A stretch of DNA of 64,000 nt from Mobula hypostoma (taxonomy: Eukaryota). The translations under genes were made by a program, and so were the position numbers. The DNA lies in the NCBI RefSeq assembly GCF_963921235.1, contig NC_086100.1:200448001-200512000 (forward strand), read 5' to 3'. This document shows, one piece after another, positions 44,901-56,900 of the stretch (position 1 is the first letter of the stretch; each line of letters starts with the position of its first letter). Below the pieces are notes generated by a model. The model saw only the letters and a program-made list of their open reading frames with translations, had not been told where the DNA came from and did not search any database.

Positions 44901-47900
44901 GAGCGGGGGTTGAGTGTGGGGCAGAGAGCGAGGGGGGGTTGATTGTGGGAGAGAGTGCGAGGCGGGGTTGAGTGTGGGAAGAGAGCGAGGGGGGGTAGAG
45001 TGTGGGAGAGAGAGCAAGGGGGGGTTGAGTGTCGGGGAGAGAGCGAGGGGGGGGTTGAGTGTTGCAGAGAGAGCGAGGGGGGGTTGAGTGTGGGGGAGAG
45101 AGTGAGGGAGAGTTGAGTGTGGGGGAGAGAGCGAGCGAGGGTCGAGTGTGGGGGAGAGAGCGAGGGGGGTTTGAGTGTGGGGGAGAGAGCGGGGGGGTTT
45201 GAGTGTGGGGGAGAGAGCGAGGTCGAGTGTGGGAGAGAGAGCGAGGGGGGGTCGAGTGTGGGGGAGAGAGCGAGCGGGGGTTGAGTGTGGGGCAGAGAGC
45301 GAAGGGGGGTTGATTGTGGGAGAGAGTGCGAGGCGGGGTTGAGTGTGGGAAGAGAGCGAGGGGGGGTAGAGTGTGGGAGAGAGAGCGAGGGGGGGTTGAG
45401 TGTGGGGGAGAGAGTGAGGGAGAGTTGAGTGTGGGGGAGAGAGCGAGGGAGGGTCGAGTGTGGGGGAGAGAGCGAGGGGGGTTTGAGTGTGGGGGAGAGA
45501 GTGAGGGGGGTTGAGTGTGGGGGAGAGAGCGAGGGGGTTTGAGTGTGGGGGAGAGAGCGAGGGGGGTTGAGTGTGGGGAGAGAGCAAGGGGGTTCGAGTG
45601 TGGGGGAGAGAGCGAGGGGGGTTGAGTGTGGGGGAGAGAGTGAGGGAGAGTTGAGTGTGGGGGAGAGAGCGAGGGAGGGTCGAGTGTGGGGGAGAGAGCG
45701 AGGGGGGTTTGAGTGTGGGGGAGAGTGCGAGGGGGTTTGAGTGTGGGGGAGAGAGCGAGGGGGGGTTGAGGGTGGGGGGATCGAGCGAGGGAGGGTTGAG
45801 TGTGGGGGGATCGAGCGAGGGGGGGTTGAGTGTGGGAGAGAGAGTGAGGGAGAGTTGAGTGTGGCTGAGAGGGCGAGGGAGGGTCGAGTGTGGTGGAGAG
45901 AGTGAGGGGGTTTGAGTGTGGGGGAGAGAGCGAGGGGGTTTGAGTGCGGGGGAGAGAGCGAGGGGGGTTGAGTGTGCGGAGAGAGCGAGGGGGGAGTTGA
46001 GTGTGGGGGAGAGAGCGGGGGGGTCGAGTGTGGGGAGAGAGCAAGGGGGCGCTGAGTGTGGTGGAGAGAGTGTGGGGATTGAGTGTGGGGGAGAGAGCGA
46101 GGGGGTTCGAGTGTGGGGGAGAGAGCAAGGTCGAGTGTGGGGGAGAGAGTGAGGGGGGGTTGAGTGTGGGGGAGAGAGTGAGGGGGGTTGAGTGTGGGGG
46201 AGAGAGTGAGGGGGGTTGAGTGTGGGGGAGAGAGCGAGGTCGAGTGTGGGAGAGAGAGCAAGGGGGGGTCGAGTGTGGGGGAGAGAGCGAGGGGGGGTCG
46301 AGTGTGGGGGAGAGAGCGAGGGGGGGTTGATTGTGGGAGAGAGAGCGAAGGGGGGTTGAGTGTGGGGAGAGAGCGAGGGGGGGTTGAGTGTGGGGAGAGA
46401 GCGAGGGGGGTAAGATTGTGGGAGAGAGAGCAAGGGGGGTTGAGTGTGGGGAGAGAGCAAGGGGGTTCGAGTGTTGGGGAGAGAGCGAGGGGGGTTGAGT
46501 GTGGGGGAGAGAGTGAGGGAGAGTTGAGTGTGGGGGAGAGAGCAAGGTCGAGTGTGGGGGAGAGAGTGAGGTGGGGTTGAGTGTGGGGGAGAGTGTGAGG
46601 GGGGTTGTGTGGGGGAGAGAGTGAGGGGGGTTGAGTGTGGGGGAGAGAGCGAGGTCGCGTGTGGTGAGAGAGCAAGGGGGGTCGAGTGTGGGGGAGAGAG
46701 TGAGGGAGAGTTGAGTGTGGGGGAGAGAGCGAGGGAGGGTCGAGTGTGGGGGAGAGAGCGAGGGGGGTTTGAGTGTGGGGGAGAGAGCGAGAGGGTTTGA
46801 GTGTGGGGGAGAGAGCGAGGGGGGTTGAGTGTGGGGGAGAGAGCGAGGGGAGGTTGAGTGTGGGGGAGAGAGCGAGGGGGGTTTGAGTGTGGGGGAGAGA
46901 GCGAGGGGGTGTGAGTGTGGTGGAGAGAGTGAGGGGGTTTGAGTGTGGGGGAGAGAGCAAGGGGGGTTGAGTGAGTGTGGGGGAGAGAGTGGGGCGGTCA
47001 AGTGTGGGGGAGAGAGCGAGGGGGGTTGAGTGTGGGGGAGAGAGCTAGGGAGGGTCGAGTGTGGGGGAGAGAGCAAGGGGGGTTGAGTGTGCGGAGAGAG
47101 CGAGGGGGGGTTGAGTGTGGGGGAGAGAGCGAGGGGTTTGAGTGTTGGGGAGAGAGCGAGGGGGGTTGAGTGTGGGGGAGAGAGCGAGGGGGGGGTTGAG
47201 TGTGGGGGAGAGAGCGAGGGGGTTTGAGTGTGGGGGAGAGAGCGAGGGGGGGTTGAGTGTGGGGGAGAGAGTGAGGGAGCGTTGAGTGTGGGGGAGAGAG
47301 CGAAGGAGGGTCAAGTGTGGGGGAGAGAGTGAGGGGGGTTGAGTGTTGCGGAGAGAGCGACTGAGGTTTGAGTGTGGGGGAGAGAGCGAGGGGGTTGAGT
47401 GTGGGGAGAGTGCGAGGGGTGGTTGAGTGTTGGGGAGAGAGCGAGGGGGGTTGAGTGTGGGGGAGAGAGCGAGGGGGTTGAGTGTGGGGGAGAGAGCAAG
47501 GGGGGTTGAGTGAGTGTGGGGAGAGAGTGAGGGGGGTCAAGTGTGGGGGAGAGAGCGAGGGGGGGTTGAGTGTGGGGAGAGAGCGAGGGGGTAGAGTGTG
47601 GGAGAGAGAGCAAGGGGGGGTTGAGTGTAGGGAGATAGCAAGGGGGTTCGAGTGTGGGGGAGAGAGCGAGGGGGGGTTGAGTGTTGCGGAGAGAGCAAGG
47701 GGGTTCGAGAGTGGGGGAGAGAGCGAGGGGGGGTTGAGTGTGGGAGAGAGAGCAAGGGGGCGTTGAGTGTGGGAGAGAGAGCGAGGGGGGTTTGAGTGTG
47801 GGGGAGAGATCGAGGGGGTTTGAGTGTGGGGGAGAGAGCGAGGGGGGGTTCAGTGTGGGGGGAATCGAGCGAAGGGGGGTTGAGTGTGGGGGGATCGAGC

Positions 47901-50900
47901 AAGGGGGGGTTGAGTGTGGGGGAGAGAGCGAGGGGGGTTGAGTGTGGGGGAGAGAGCAAGGGGGGTTGAGTGTGCGGAGAGAGCGAGGGGGGGTTGAGTG
48001 TGGGGGAGAGAGTGAGGGGTTTGAGTGTTGGGGAGAGAGCGAGGTTGGTTGAGTGTGGGGGAGAGAGCGAGGGGGGGGTTGAGTGTGGGGGAGAGAGCGA
48101 GGGGGTTTGAGTGTGGGGGAGAGAGCGAGGGGGGGTTGAGTGTGGGGGAGAGAGTGAGGGAGCGTTGAGTGTGGGGGAGAGAGCGAAGGAGGGTCAAGTG
48201 TGGGGGAGAGAGTGAGGGGGGTTGAGTGTTGCGGAGAGAGCGACTGAGGTTTGAGTGTGGGGGAGAGAGCGAGGGGGTTGAGTGTGGGGGAGAGAGCGAG
48301 GGGTGGTTGAGAGTTGGGGAGAGAGCGAGGGGGGTTGAGTGTGGGGGAGAGAGCGAGGGGGGTTGAGTGTGGGGGAGAGAGCGAGCGGGGGTTGAGTGTG
48401 GGGGAGAGATCAAGGGGGGTTGAGTGAGTGTGGGGAGAGAGTGAGGGGGGTCAAGTGTGGGGGAGAGAGCGAGGGGGGTTGAGTGTGGGGAGAGAGCAAG
48501 GGGGGTTCGAGTGTGGGGGAGAGAGCGAGGGGGGGTTGAGAGTGGGGGAGAGAGCAGGGGGGTCGAGTGTGGGGAGAGAGCGAGGGGGGGCTGAGTGTGG
48601 TGGAGAGAGTGAGGGAGGTTGAGTGTGGGGGAGAGAGCAAGGGGGTTCGAGTGTGGGGGAAAGAGCGAGGTCAAGTGTGGGGGAGAGAGTGAGGGGTGGT
48701 TGAGTGTGGGGGAGAGAGTGAGGGGGGTTGAGTGTGGGGGAGAGAGCGAGGGGGGGTCGAGTGTGGGGGAGAGAGCGAGCAGGGGTTGAGTGTGGGGCAG
48801 AGAGTGAGGGGGGGTTGATTGTGGGAGAGAGAGCAAGGTGGGGTTGAGTGTGGGGAGAGAGCGAGGGGCGGTTGAGTGTGGGAAGAGAGCGAGGGGGGGT
48901 AGAGTGTGGGAGAGAGAGCAAGGGGGTGTTGAGTGTTGGGGAGAGAGCGAGGGGCGGTTGAGTGTGGGAGAGAGAGCGAGGGGGGGTTGAGTGAGGGGGA
49001 GAGAGCGAGGTCGAGTGTGGGGGAGAGAGTGAGGGGGGTTGAGTGTGGGGGAGAGAGTGAGGGGGGGTTGAGTGTGGGGGAGAGAGTGAGGGGGGTTGAG
49101 TGTGGGGGAGAGAGTGAGGGGGGTTGAGTGTGGGTGAGAGAGCGAGGTCGAGTGTGGGAGAGAGAGCGAGGGGGGGTCGAGTGTGGGAGAGAGAGCGAGG
49201 GGGGGTCGAGTGTGGGGGAGAGAGCGAGCGGGGGTTGAGTGTGGGGCAGAGAGCGAGGGGGGGTTGATTGTGGGAGAGAGTGCGAGGCGGGGTTGAGTGT
49301 GGGAAGAGAGCGAGGGGGGGTAGAGTGTGGGAGAGAGAGCAAGGGGGGGTTGAGTGTCGGGGAGAGAGCGAGGGGGGGGTTGAGTGTTGCAGAGAGAGCG
49401 AGGGGGGGTTGAGTGTGGGGGAGAGAGTGAGGGAGAGTTGAGTGTGGGGGAGAGAGCGAGGGAGGGTCGAGTGTGGGGGAGAGAGCGAGGGGGGTTTGAG
49501 TGTGGGGGAGAGAGCGGGGGGGTTTGAGTGTGGGGGAGAGAGCGAGGTCGAGTGTGGGAGAGAGAGCGAGGGGGGGTCGAGTGTGGGGGAGAGAGCGAGC
49601 GGGGGTTGAGTGTGGGGCAGAGAGCGAAGGGGGGTTGATTGTGGGAGAGAGTGCGAGGCGGGGTTGAGTGTGGGAAGAGAGCGAGGGGGGGTAGAGTGTG
49701 GGAGAGAGAGCGAGGGGGGGTTGAGTGTGGGGGAGAGAGTGAGGGAGAGTTGAGTGTGGGGGAGAGAGCGAGGGAGGGTCGAGTGTGGGGGAGAGAGCGA
49801 GGGGGGTTTGAGTGTGGGGGAGAGAGTGAGGGGGGTTGAGTGTGGGGGAGAGAGCGAGGGGGTTTGAGTGTGGGGGAGAGAGCGAGGGGGGTTGAGTGTG
49901 GGGAGAGAGCAAGGGGGTTCGAGTGTGGGGGAGAGAGCGAGGGGGGTTGAGTGTGGGGGAGAGAGTGAGGGAGAGTTGAGTGTGGGGGAGAGAGCGAGGG
50001 AGGGTCGAGTGTGGGGGAGAGAGCGAGGGGGGTTTGAGTGTGGGGGAGAGTGCGAGGGGGTTTGAGTGTGGGGGAGAGAGCGAGGGGGGGTTGAGGGTGG
50101 GGGGATCGAGCGAGGGAGGGTTGAGTGTGGGGGGATCGAGCGAGGGGGGGTTGAGTGTGGGAGAGAGAGTGAGGGAGAGTTGAGTGTGGCTGAGAGGGCG
50201 AGGGAGGGTCGAGTGTGGTGGAGAGAGTGAGGGGGTTTGAGTGTGGGGGAGAGAGCGAGGGGGTTTGAGTGCGGGGGAGAGAGCGAGGGGGGTTGAGTGT
50301 GCGGAGAGAGCGAGGGGGGAGTTGAGTGTGGGGGAGAGAGCGGGGGGGTCGAGTGTGGGGAGAGAGCGAGGGGGCGCTGAGTGTGGTGGAGAGAGTGTGG
50401 GGATTGAGTGTGGGGGAGAGAGCGAGGGGGTTCGAGTGTGGGGGAGAGAGCAACGTCGAGTGTGGGGGAGAGAGTGAGGGGGGGTTGAGTGTGGGGGAGA
50501 GAGTGAGGGGGGTTGAGTGTGGGGGAGAGAGTGAGGGGGGTTGAGTGTGGGGGAGAGAGCGAGGTCGAGTGTGGGAGAGAGAGCAAGGGGGGGTCGAGTG
50601 TGGGGGAGAGAGCGAGGGGGGGTCGAGTGTGGGGGAGAGAGCGAGGGGGGGTTGATTGTGGGAGAGAGAGCGAAGGGGGGTTGAGTGTGGGGAGAGAGCG
50701 AGGGGGGGTTGAGTGTGGGGAGAGAGCGAGGGGGGTAGATTGTGGGAGAGAGAGCAAGGGGGGTTGAGTGTGGGGAGAGAGCAAGGGGGTTCGAGTGTTG
50801 GGGAGAGAGCGAGGGGGGTTGAGTGTGGGGGAGAGAGTGAGGGAGAGTTGAGTGTGGGGGAGAGAGCAAGGTCGAGTGTGGGGGAGAGAGTGAGGTGGGG

Positions 50901-53900
50901 TTGAGTGTGGGGGAGAGTGTGAGGGGGGTTGTGTGGGGGAGAGAGTGAGGGGGGTTGAGTGTGGGGGAGAGAGCGAGGTCGCGTGTGGTGAGAGAGCAAG
51001 GGGGGTCGAGTGTGGGGGAGAGAGTGAGGGAGAGTTGAGTGTGGGGGAGAGAGCGAGGGAGGGTCGAGTGTGGGGGAGAGAGCGAGGGGGGTTTGAGTGT
51101 GGGGGAGAGAGCGAGAGGGTTTGAGTGTGGGGGAGAGAGCGAGGGGGGTTGAGTGTGGGGGAGAGAGCGAGGGGAGGTTGAGTGTGGGGGAGAGAGCGAG
51201 GGGGGTTTGAGTGTGGGGGAGAGAGCGAGGGGGTGTGAGTGTGGTGGAGAGAGTGAGGGGGTTTGAGTGTGGGGGAGAGAGCAAGGGGGGTTGAGTGAGT
51301 GTGGGGGAGAGAGTGGGGCGGTCAAGTGTGGGGGAGAGAGCGAGGGGGGTTGAGTGTGGGGGAGAGAGCTAGGGAGGGTCGAGTGTGGGGGAGAGAGCAA
51401 GGGGGGTTGAGTGTGCGGAGAGAGCGAGGGGGGGTTGAGTGTGGGGGAGAGAGCGAGGGGTTTGAGTGTTGGGGAGAGAGCGAGGGGGGTTGAGTGTGGG
51501 GGAGAGAGCGAGGGGGGGGTTGAGTGTGGGGGAGAGAGCGAGGGGGTTTGAGTGTGGGGGAGAGAGCGAGGGGGGGTTGAGTGTGGGGGAGAGAGTGAGG
51601 GAGCGTTGAGTGTGGGGGAGAGAGCGAAGGAGGGTCAAGTGTGGGGGAGAGAGTGAGGGGGGTTGAGTGTTGCGGAGAGAGCGACTGAGGTTTGAGTGTG
51701 GGGGAGAGAGCGAGGGGGTTGAGTGTGGGGAGAGTGCGAGGGGTGGTTGAGTGTTGGGGAGAGAGCGAGGGGGGTTGAGTGTGGGGGAGAGAGCGAGGGG
51801 GTTGAGTGTGGGGGAGAGAGCAAGGGGGGTTGAGTGAGTGTGGGGAGAGAGTGAGGGGGGTCAAGTGTGGGGGAGAGAGCGAGGGGGGGTTGAGTGTGGG
51901 GAGAGAGCGAGGGGGTAGAGTGTGGGAGAGAGAGCAAGGGGGGGTTGAGTGTAGGGAGATAGCAAGGGGGTTCGAGTGTGGGGGAGAGAGCGAGGGGGGG
52001 TTGAGTGTTGCGGAGAGAGCAAGGGGGTTCGAGAGTGGGGGAGAGAGCGAGGGGGGGTTGAGTGTGGGAGAGAGAGCAAGGGGGCGTTGAGTGTGGGAGA
52101 GAGAGCGAGGGGGGTTTGAGTGTGGGGGAGAGATCGAGGGGGTTTGAGTGTGGGGGAGAGAGCGAGGGGGGGTTCAGTGTGGGGGGAATCGAGCGAAGGG
52201 GGGTTGAGTGTGGGGGGATCGAGCAAGGGGGGGTTGAGTGTGGGGGAGAGAGCGAGGGGGGTTGAGTGTGGGGGAGAGAGCAAGGGGGGTTGAGTGTGCG
52301 GAGAGAGCGAGGGGGGGTTGAGTGTGGGGGAGAGAGTGAGGGGTTTGAGTGTTGGGGAGAGAGCGAGGTTGGTTGAGTGTGGGGGAGAGAGCGAGGGGGG
52401 GGTTGAGTGTGGGGGAGAGAGCGAGGGGGTTTGAGTGTGGGGGAGAGAGCGAGGGGGGGTTGAGTGTGGGGGAGAGAGTGAGGGAGCGTTGAGTGTGGGG
52501 GAGAGAGCGAAGGAGGGTCAAGTGTGGGGGAGAGAGTGAGGGGGGTTGAGTGTTGCGGAGAGAGCGACTGAGGTTTGAGTGTGGGGGAGAGAGCGAGGGG
52601 GTTGAGTGTGGGGGAGAGAGCGAGGGGTGGTTGAGAGTTGGGGAGAGAGCGAGGGGGGTTGAGTGTGGGGGAGAGAGCGAGGGGGGTTGAGTGTGGGGGA
52701 GAGAGCGAGCGGGGGTTGAGTGTGGGGGAGAGATCAAGGGGGGTTGAGTGAGTGTGGGGAGAGAGTGAGGGGGGTCAAGTGTGGGGGAGAGAGCGAGGGG
52801 GGTTGAGTGTGGGGAGAGAGCAAGGGGGGTTCGAGTGTGGGGGAGAGAGCGAGGGGGGGTTGAGAGTGGGGGAGAGAGCGGGGGGGTCGAGTGTGGGGAG
52901 AGAGCGAGGGGGGGCTGAGTGTGGTGGAGAGAGTGAGGGAGGTTGAGTGTGGGGGAGAGAGCAAGGGGGTTCGAGTGTGGGGGAAAGAGCGAGGTCAAGT
53001 GTGGGGGAGAGAGTGAGGGGTGGTTGAGTGTGGGGGAGAGAGTGAGGGGGGTTGAGTGTGGGGGAGAGAGCGAGGGGGGGTCGAGTGTGGGGGAGAGAGC
53101 GAGCAGGGGTTGAGTGTGGGGCAGAGAGTGAGGGGGGGTTGATTGTGGGAGAGAGAGCAAGGGGGGGTTGAGTGTGGGGAGAGAGCGAGGGGCGGTTGAG
53201 TGTGGGAAGAGAGCGAGGGGGGGTAGAGTGTGGGAGAGAGAGCAAGGGGGTGTTGAGTGTTGGGGAGAGAGCGAGGGGCGGTTGAGTGTGGGAGAGAGAG
53301 CGAGGGGGGGTTGAGTGAGGGGGAGAGAGCGAGGTCGAGTGTGGGGGAGAGAGTGAGGGGGGTTGAGTGTGGGGGAGAGAGTGAGGGGGGGTTGAGTGTG
53401 GGGGAGAGAGTGAGGGGGGTTGAGTGTGGGGGAGAGAGTGAGGGGGGTTGAGTGTGGGTGAGAGAGCGAGGTCGAGTGTGGGAGAGAGAGCGAGGGGGGG
53501 TCGAGTGTGGGAGAGAGAGCGAGGGGGGGTCGAGTGTGGGGGAGAGAGCGAGCGGGGGTTGAGTGTGGGGCAGAGAGCGAGGGGGGGTTGATTGTGGGAG
53601 AGAGTGCGAGGCGGGGTTGAGTGTGGGAAGAGAGCGAGGGGGGGTAGAGTGTGGGAGAGAGAGCAAGGGGGGGTTGAGTGTCGATGAGAGAGCGAGGGGG
53701 GGGTTGAGTGATGCAGAGAGAGCGAGGGGGGGTTGAGTGTGGGGGAGAGAGTGAGGGAGAGTTGAGTGTGGGGGAGAGAGCGAGGGAGGGTCGAGTGTGG
53801 GGGAGAGAGCGAGGGGGGTTTGAGTGTGGGGGAGAGAGCGGGGGGGTTTGAGTGTGGGGGAGAGAGCGAGGTCGAGTGTGGGAGAGAGAGCGAGGGGGGG

Positions 53901-56900
53901 TCGAGTGTGGGGGAGAGAGCGAGCGGGGGTTGAGTGTGGGGCAGAGAGCGAAGGGGGGTTGATTGTGGGAGAGAGTGCGAGGCGGGGTTGAGTGTGGGAA
54001 GAGAGCGAGGGGGGATAGAGTGTGGGAGAGAGAGCGAGGGGGGGTTGAGTGTGGGGGAGAGAGTGAGGGAGAGTTGAGTGTGGGGGAGAGAGCGAGGGAG
54101 GGTCGAGTGTGGGGGAGAGAGCGAGGGGGGTTTGAGTGTGGGGGAGAGAGTGAGGGGGGTTGAGTGTGGGGGAGAGAGCGAGGGGGTTTGAGTGTGGGGG
54201 AGAGAGCGAGGGGGGTTGAGTGTGGGGGAGAGAGTGAGGGGGGTTGAGTGTGGGGGAGAGAGCGAGGGGGGGTCGAGTGTGGGGGAGAGAGCGAGCAGGG
54301 GTTGAGTGTGGGGCAGAGAGTGAGGGGGGGTTGATTGTGGGAGAGAGAGCAAGGGGGGGTTGAGTGTGGGGAGAGAGCGAGGGGCGGTTGAGTGTGGGAA
54401 GAGAGCGAGGGGGGGTAGAGTGTGGGAGAGAGAGCAAGGGGGTGTTGAGTGTTGGGGAGAGAGCGAGGGGCGGTTGAGTGTGGGAGAGAGAGCGAGGGGG
54501 GGTTGAGTGAGGGGGAGAGAGCGAGGTCGAGTGTGGGGGAGAGAGTGAGGGGGGTTGAGTGTGGGGGAGAGAGTGAGGGGGGGTTGAGTGTGGGGGAGAG
54601 AGTGAGGGGGGTTGAGTGTGGGGGAGAGAGTGAGGGGGGTTGAGTGTGGGTGAGAGAGCGAGGTCGAGTGTGGGAGAGAGAGCGAGGGGGGGTCGAGTGT
54701 GGGAGAGAGAGCGAGGGGGGGTCGAGTGTGGGGGAGAGAGCGAGCGGGGGTTGAGTGTGGGGCAGAGAGCGAGGGGGGGTTGATTGTGGGAGAGAGTGCG
54801 AGGCGGGGTTGAGTGTGGGAAGAGAGCGAGGGGGGGTAGAGTGTGGGAGAGAGAGCAAGGGGGGGTTGAGTGTCGATGAGAGAGCGAGGGGGGGGTTGAG
54901 TGATGCAGAGAGAGCGAGGGGGGGTTGAGTGTGGGGGAGAGAGTGAGGGAGAGTTGAGTGTGGGGGAGAGAGCGAGGGAGGGTCGAGTGTGGGGGAGAGA
55001 GCGAGGGGGGTTTGAGTGTGGGGGAGAGAGCGGGGGGGTTTGAGTGTGGGGGAGAGAGCGAGGTCGAGTGTGGGAGAGAGAGCGAGGGGGGGTCGAGTGT
55101 GGGGGAGAGAGCGAGCGGGGGTTGAGTGTGGGGCAGAGAGCGAAGGGGGGTTGATTGTGGGAGAGAGTGCGAGGCGGGGTTGAGTGTGGGAAGAGAGCGA
55201 GGGGGGATAGAGTGTGGGAGAGAGAGCGAGGGGGGGTTGAGTGTGGGGGAGAGAGTGAGGGAGAGTTGAGTGTGGGGGAGAGAGCGAGGGAGGGTCGAGT
55301 GTGGGGGAGAGAGCGAGGGGGGTTTGAGTGTGGGGGAGAGAGTGAGGGGGGTTGAGTGTGGGGGAGAGAGCGAGGGGGTTTGAGTGTGGGGGAGAGAGCG
55401 AGGGGGGTTGAGTGTGGGGAGAGAGCAAGGGGGTTCGAGTGTGGGGGAGAGAGCGAGGGGGGTTGAGTGTGGGGGAGAGAGTGAGGGAGAGTTGAGTGTG
55501 GGGGAGAGAGCGAGGGAGGGTCGAGTGTGGGGGAGAGAGCGAGGGGGGTTTGAGTGTGGGGGAGAGTGCGAGGGGGTTTGAGTGTGGGGGAGAGAGCGAG
55601 GGGGGGTTGAGGGTGGGGGGATCGAGCGAGGGAGGGTTGAGTGTGGGGGGATCGAGCGAGGGGGGGTTGAGTGTGGGAGAGAGAGTGAGGGAGAGTTGAG
55701 TGTGGCTGAGAGGGCGAGGGAGGGTCGAGTGTGGTGGAGAGAGTGAGGGGGTTTGAGTGTGGGGGAGAGAGCGAGGGGGTTTGAGTGCGGGGGAGAGAGC
55801 GAGGGGGGTTGAGTGTGCGGAGAGAGCGAGGGGGGAGTTGAGTGTGGGGGAGAGAGCGGGGGGGTCGAGTGTGGGGAGAGAGCAAGGGGGCGCTGAGTGT
55901 GGTGGAGAGAGTGTGGGGATTGAGTGTGGGGGAGAGAGCGAGGGGGTTCGAGTGTGGGGGAGAGAGCAAGGTCGAGTGTGGGGGAGAGAGTGAGGGGGGG
56001 TTGAGTGTGGGGGAGAGAGTGAGGGGGGTTGAGTGTGGGGGAGAGAGTGAGGGGGGTTGAGTGTGGGGGAGAGAGCGAGGTCGAGTGTGGGAGAGAGAGC
56101 AAGGGGGGGTCGAGTGTGGGGGAGAGAGCGAGGGGGGGTCGAGTGTGGGGGAGAGAGCGAGGGGGGGTTGATTGTGGGAGAGAGAGCGAAGGGGGGTTGA
56201 GTGTGGGGAGAGAGCGAGGGGGGGTTGAGTGTGGGGAGAGAGCGAGGGGGTTAGATTGTGGGAGAGAGAGCAAGGGGGGTTGAGTGTGGGGAGAGAGCAA
56301 GGGGGTTCGAGTGTTGGGGAGAGAGCGAGGGGGGTTGAGTGTGGGGGAGAGAGTGAGGGAGAGTTGAGTGTGGGGGAGAGAGCAAGGTCGAGTGTGGGGG
56401 AGAGAGTGAGGTGGGGTTGAGTGTGGGGGAGAGAGTGAGGGGGGTTGTGTGGGGGAGAGAGTGAGGGGGGTTGAGTGTGGGGGAGAGAGCGAGGGGAGGT
56501 TGAGTGTGGGGGAGAGAGCGAGGGGGGTTTGAGTGTGGGGGAGAGAGCGAGGGGGTGTGAGTGTGGTGGAGAGAGTGAGGGGGTTTGAGTGTGGGGGAGA
56601 GAGCAAGGGGGGTTGAGTGAGTGTGGGGGAGAGAGTGGGGCGGTCAAGTGTGGGGGAGAGAGCGAGGGGGGTTGAGTGTGGGGGAGAGAGCTAGGGAGGG
56701 TCGAGTGTGGGGGAGAGAGCAAGGGGGTTCGAGTGTGGGGGAGAGAGCGAGGGGGGTTTGAGTGTGGGAGAGAGAGCGAGGGGGGTTGAGTGTGGGGGAG
56801 AGAGTGAGGGAGAGTTGAGTGTGGGGGAGAGAGCGAGGGAGGGTCGAGTGTGGGGGAGAGAGCGAGGGGGGTTTGAGTGTGGGGGAGAGAGCGAGGGGGG

